The notes beneath the pieces were generated by a model. It saw only the letters and a program-made list of their open reading frames with translations, made no database searches and was not told the DNA's origin. The position numbers and the translations under genes are program-made. Below, piece after piece: positions 60,231 to 64,000 of a DNA stretch of 64,000 nt; position 1 is the stretch's first letter, and each line of letters begins with the position of its first letter. This stretch comes from Cyanidioschyzon merolae (Eukaryota). The stretch lies in NCBI GenBank assembly GCA_000091205.1, contig AP006486.2; one strand, given 5' to 3'.

Positions 60231-61828
60231 CACCCGACGTAGAATCGGGTCTCGTCGTCAGTTTGTGCTCGGACAGTCTGCGGATGCAGGCCTGTATTCG
60301 CTGCACGACATGCTGGAGAAACTTGACTATTAGGATGAATCCTGGGAGACGCCTCTCTCCCTCGTGATCATGCATGGAATGCGTTGTTGTCGGTTGGCAA
60401 TGCGGGTTTGTGCTTGACGCTCACCACAGTGGGTAGGCGCAGAAAGCATACTAAACCCGTGTGCGCGTCCGATTCGCTAGACCTTCCGCTTGGAAGGTAG
60501 CACGTGAGTCTGTTGGCCACGAATGAGCGCTGAGGCTCCGTTAGCGGACCATCAGTTGCCAGTGCTGCACTCAAAGTGAGTGTCCGGCCTTCGACTATCA
60601 CGGTGATACCCAGCTGCTGGTGTCCTTCAAGGAGCTCGCTGCGCTCCTGCTTCCAGCGCGGGCACTGTAACAGTAAATATGTCAGCGTCTCGGGGATCTC
60701 GTTTCCACAGCAGGGACATTTTGATTCTCAGTGCAATCCCAGTGTTCCCATACGGCTTAGAGTCGGTGCTGCTAGCCAGAAGCCACCAACGCGGATTTTG
60801 GCGCGCCACTGGCTACCGCGCGCAAGTCCCGGGAGCTCCAGCGCCTCCCACCAGTACTTGCATGTTTATGCCGGGTTCTAGTTCCGGTGTAGAGTCAAGA
60901 CGGGCGTTACTGGCACGACTGGTTCCGTGTCTACGTTCCCATATTGCTTTCTGGACGGTTCGCTTGAGGCGGCGGGAGCCTTCTACATTTCGGGGAAACG
61001 ATTGGAGAGCGTGTCTTCGCCTACGGAGAGATCAGATTGCGCGCACGCTCATCGCCGCTGATTGAAATTGGCCCGTTCGCGCGTCATGACCCGTGTCGTT
61101 GACACGCGGGTCATTCTGAAGCGCGCATCGCGCCTGCGCCAGCGCCGCAGCGGCCGCAGTGCTACGTGTCCACGTATCGAGCGATCCGCATGCGTGCGGT
61201 AAACGGATCAGCACGTGCGTTCGTTCGTGCGTGACAGGGCATCGAGCGAAAACGGATCCCCGCTGAGGCCAGTAACGTCGATGCCTGAAGCAACATGTCA
61301 ATGAGCCTGGTCCGTCGATGACGTTTCGTCGGAGGTGTTGGCCTCCCCAGAGCGTCGTTGTATGCTCATGTACGGGTTGATATTGGGTTAGGTTTAGGTT
61401 CGAGGTCAAGTCAACTGTGCCTGTTATCTGGTTCGCCATTGACGGGTGGCTCGATATCGCTGAGCGGTACCCAGCGCTGTGGGCCACTGTGTGCATATAG
61501 TTGAGGTGCACTTTGGGGTCCTCGAGGTTCGGTGGAAGTTGCCTGTTTGCAACTTGTTACTTGCACACAACGATTACGCACCGTTTCGAAGGCGAAACGC
61601 CCTCGTAGCGCCACAGCGAGTACGCGCTTGTAGAACAAGTTCACGGAAAGCGTCTGCAGCCGAGTCGTCTGGTGCCTGTGCGCAGTCGGCTCCGAGTCAC
61701 AGCCACCGGTGTGCTGCGTTGACGCGTGCGACAACGCCGATCGCCGTCCTTCTCCGCGGCAACGACTCGCCACGCTATCGCAAGTTGTGTCGGATTTTCG
61801 TTGGAGCTTGCCCACTGGTACCGCCACC

Positions 61829-63586
61829 ATGCAGCTACGCGAAAACGCTGCAGGCAGCGGACTACTCACAGATAATGCATGTATGGAGATCCATCGACCG
61901 GTCCCGGGTACCGCAGGGCGAGCATCGCCAACGTTTCACATCCTCGTGCCGCTAACCGATCCACGGTACGCTGACGCAGATCCGGGCGGCTCGAAGCAAA
62001 TGCGGCTGCCTCTGGTGGTCGACGAGGCGACCGCGTTGCCGACACCACCGCCAAAGTCCGCGATAACCTCGCCAGCGACCCCACATTCGCTGCAACAAGA
62101 GACCTCTGATGTCGTCGACGCCCGTTACCAAAGCGGCCCGCTGCGTCGTTCCCTGAGATTGTCACCGTCGGGCAGCCTCCACGGCGATGAGCTCCTCGAC
62201 AAGATCCTGCGGCACGCGGAATGGCTGCAGGCCTTGGGCGCCGGCGCAGTTGGCCTGGTGCTCCTGTCTCGGTGGTTTCCACAAGTTGCGATCAAAGTAT
62301 CTCTCTACGAAACCGGATTTCGAACCGCACTCTTCATGCATCCCACGCGAAGCGAGCCGGCTATGATGCGTCTACTAATGAGGACGCTCCTGGTAGGACG
62401 GGCAACGCCGCATCTTCCGGTTCTTTTCGGGGAGCGCCACGATGTGCCGTTGTCCACGCTGCGCATCCCCGAGGCCTTCTGGCGAAGCAGTACCGCCGCA
62501 ACCGAGCTTCGTCAGTGGATAGAGCGGCGTCAGAACTGCGATCCTGAGCGCTGCAGTATTCTCTGCATGGAGCGTTTCACCGGTGGAACGCTCTTTCACG
62601 CCCTCTGTCGGGGTACTGCACCGGGAATCGACATTTCGGCCGTGCGTGAGCTCACTTTTCAGATTGTGTTCACGCTTGCCGTGCTTCTGCGCTTCCATCC
62701 GAACTGGAAGCATAACGACCTCTCGCTTGCCAACGTTATGCTTCGACGGCGTGGTTCGCTCACGACTGCGTGCCTTGGCACGTGTCAGGTCTTGGTTGGT
62801 CTCGCTGGCGCCGGTGCACGGACACCAGCATCGACGCTGCAGCTGGTGCGTCCATCGAGCGCCCCAGAGGCTGGCCCTGTGCGTTACCGCCGATACGCGT
62901 TTGAAGGTCACACTTGGTATCTTGGGTTGCGCCCCGAACAACCATACGAGGCCGTGATCGCCGATTTTGATTTTGCCTGCATCGAGCCGCTCATCAGCAA
63001 CGCCAAAGTAGACTTTTTCGAGCGTCAATCCCGTTACCACTGTTATCGGATCAACAGTGAACGAGACTGGTATGGCGACATCCAAATGCTGTTAAGCAAT
63101 CTCCGTGAAGTCGTCCAGCACTTGATTCGGCGCCGCTGGGAGACGCAGCGGCCATCAGGGACCTCGGCGCTGTCGACCTCGGTGGAGCGAGGCGCTCAGG
63201 ACATGCTCTTGCCCGAGGAGCGTGATGCCATGGAGTTTTTCGAGCGTTGCGTTCATCCCAGCTGCCGCGATACAGCAGATCGCTCACTCCGCGGTCGCCT
63301 ACCGCCGAATACTGTAGATCTCGACGAGCGCTACAACCCGATCCATATGCTGCTTTTCGATCCGTATTTTGATCCATTCTTACGAACGCCAGAATGGGGT
63401 TCGGGAGCGATGCTCGAAGCATCTTACGCTTGGCCAATCGAGTGTGCAGCGAGTATCGATGCCAATGGGGCAAGCCACGTCGAGGGTGCCGGTCTGAGGA
63501 CTCATGCCTCACTTTGGAGCGCATCCTCACCGATTCGTTGTGACTGGGAGCACATCCATGGCTCCTGGGCAGCCGACGGTGCCTAG
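61829..63586 (+). CDS. Divergent eukaryotic protein kinase-like protein (haspin-like atypical Ser/Thr kinase or pseudokinase)
   Basis: Gly-loop LGAGAVGLVLL is followed by VAIKV (VAIK motif). The catalytic-loop equivalent is WKHNDLSLANVML, where canonical kinases have HRDLKPEN. The DFG equivalent is IADFDFACIEP. The ATG at 61829 sits in a gccaccATGc context. The ORF track starts at GTG 61709. Confidence 0.55.
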   Translation: MQLRENAAGSGLLTDNACMEIHRPVPGTAGRASPTFHILVPLTDPRYADADPGGSKQMRLPLVVDEATALPTPPPKSAITSPATPHSLQQETSDVVDARYQSGPLRRSLRLSPSGSLHGDELLDKILRHAEWLQALGAGAVGLVLLSRWFPQVAIKVSLYETGFRTALFMHPTRSEPAMMRLLMRTLLVGRATPHLPVLFGERHDVPLSTLRIPEAFWRSSTAATELRQWIERRQNCDPERCSILCMERFTGGTLFHALCRGTAPGIDISAVRELTFQIVFTLAVLLRFHPNWKHNDLSLANVMLRRRGSLTTACLGTCQVLVGLAGAGARTPASTLQLVRPSSAPEAGPVRYRRYAFEGHTWYLGLRPEQPYEAVIADFDFACIEPLISNAKVDFFERQSRYHCYRINSERDWYGDIQMLLSNLREVVQHLIRRRWETQRPSGTSALSTSVERGAQDMLLPEERDAMEFFERCVHPSCRDTADRSLRGRLPPNTVDLDERYNPIHMLLFDPYFDPFLRTPEWGSGAMLEASYAWPIECAASIDANGASHVEGAGLRTHASLWSASSPIRCDWEHIHGSWAADGA

Positions 63587-64000
63587 CGCGCGAGCCCCCG
63601 TCTCGCACGTCAATGCAACAAATCAGCTGCAAGGCGAGTTTGCTTGGCGCCGGACTGGGCGATATGCGCTGACGCAAGAGTTCTGTGCTACGGGCAGGGG
63701 TTTTGTGTCATCGATTGCATATCGCAAGTGTATGCTCCTGGGGGAACGCACAGAGCATCCTCGTCGCCGTCCTCGCGGGTGCTTCTCCAGGAGACATCGC
63801 CTCCATTAACCGCCTTGATCCTCAGCGACAGGAGTCGTCGTCGTCGTGGCGTTCATATCAGTGCAACCTGATTGTATCGCGTTTGAGCGAGCGCTCTCTG
63901 GAATACGCGCGTTCTTGACGCGTCCATGACCAGGGACAGCCCCAGACACGCGTTGCCTCAAAAGATGGTATGGGCGAGCATAAGCCTCTGGCGGCTTTTC

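Overview
The window is eukaryotic nuclear DNA. It is GC-rich with strong GC3 codon bias, carries long uninterrupted housekeeping ORFs, and is rich in micro- and minisatellites. It is not prokaryotic. The genes look intron-poor, which fits a stramenopile such as an oomycete or labyrinthulomycete, or an intron-poor fungus. Taxon cannot be assigned from sequence alone.

Protein-coding genes recognised:
- ABCB-type half transporter, 2617-4707 (-)
- SPT5 transcription elongation factor, 11206-16407 (+)
- UBC4/UBE2D-type ubiquitin E2, 16637-17080 (-)
- a ~1400-aa HEAT/TOG-like repeat protein, 18932-23158 (-)
- coatomer alpha (COPA), 26511-30800 (-)
- an SRPBCC/Coq10-like domain protein, 32628-33605 (-)
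- separase (ESP1), 34153-41109 (-)
- a hypothetical membrane protein, 44718-45665 (+)
- a small J-domain protein, 46299-46634 (-)
- MoaD/MOCS2A molybdopterin-synthase small subunit, 48430-48693 (+)
- a Sec1/Munc18-family protein with a long N-terminal extension, 53040-56132 (+)
- a divergent, haspin-like protein kinase, 61829-63586 (+)

The most notable accessory content is two diverged, inverted copies of a TnpB/Fanzor-like RuvC nuclease gene (IS605 OrfB homologue, ~75% identical to each other):
- Copy 1 (~5600-7752, +) keeps the RuvC D-E-D triad, but its N-terminal half is broken by a frameshift and a stop.
- Copy 2 (~56864-59520, -) is colinear and frameshift-free, but has three in-frame stops and an E->G change at RuvC-II.
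- The two copies lie ~49 kb apart and bracket the housekeeping block.

Other repeat content:
- A ~170-200 bp dispersed non-coding element occurs three times: near each Fanzor copy and 150 bp upstream of separase.
- A second ~800-bp repeat family has three copies. Two of them form a head-to-head inverted pair 3.2 kb apart, enclosing the MoaD gene.
- Minisatellites lie in the upstream regions of the UBC gene (52 bp x ~7.5) and of COPA.
- Many simple-sequence repeats are present.

Two cautions:
- The supplied ORF track opens many ORFs at TTG/GTG, so the real ATG starts are often downstream. CDS starts below were corrected where the first in-frame ATG was clear.
- The many long antisense ORFs are GC-skew artefacts.
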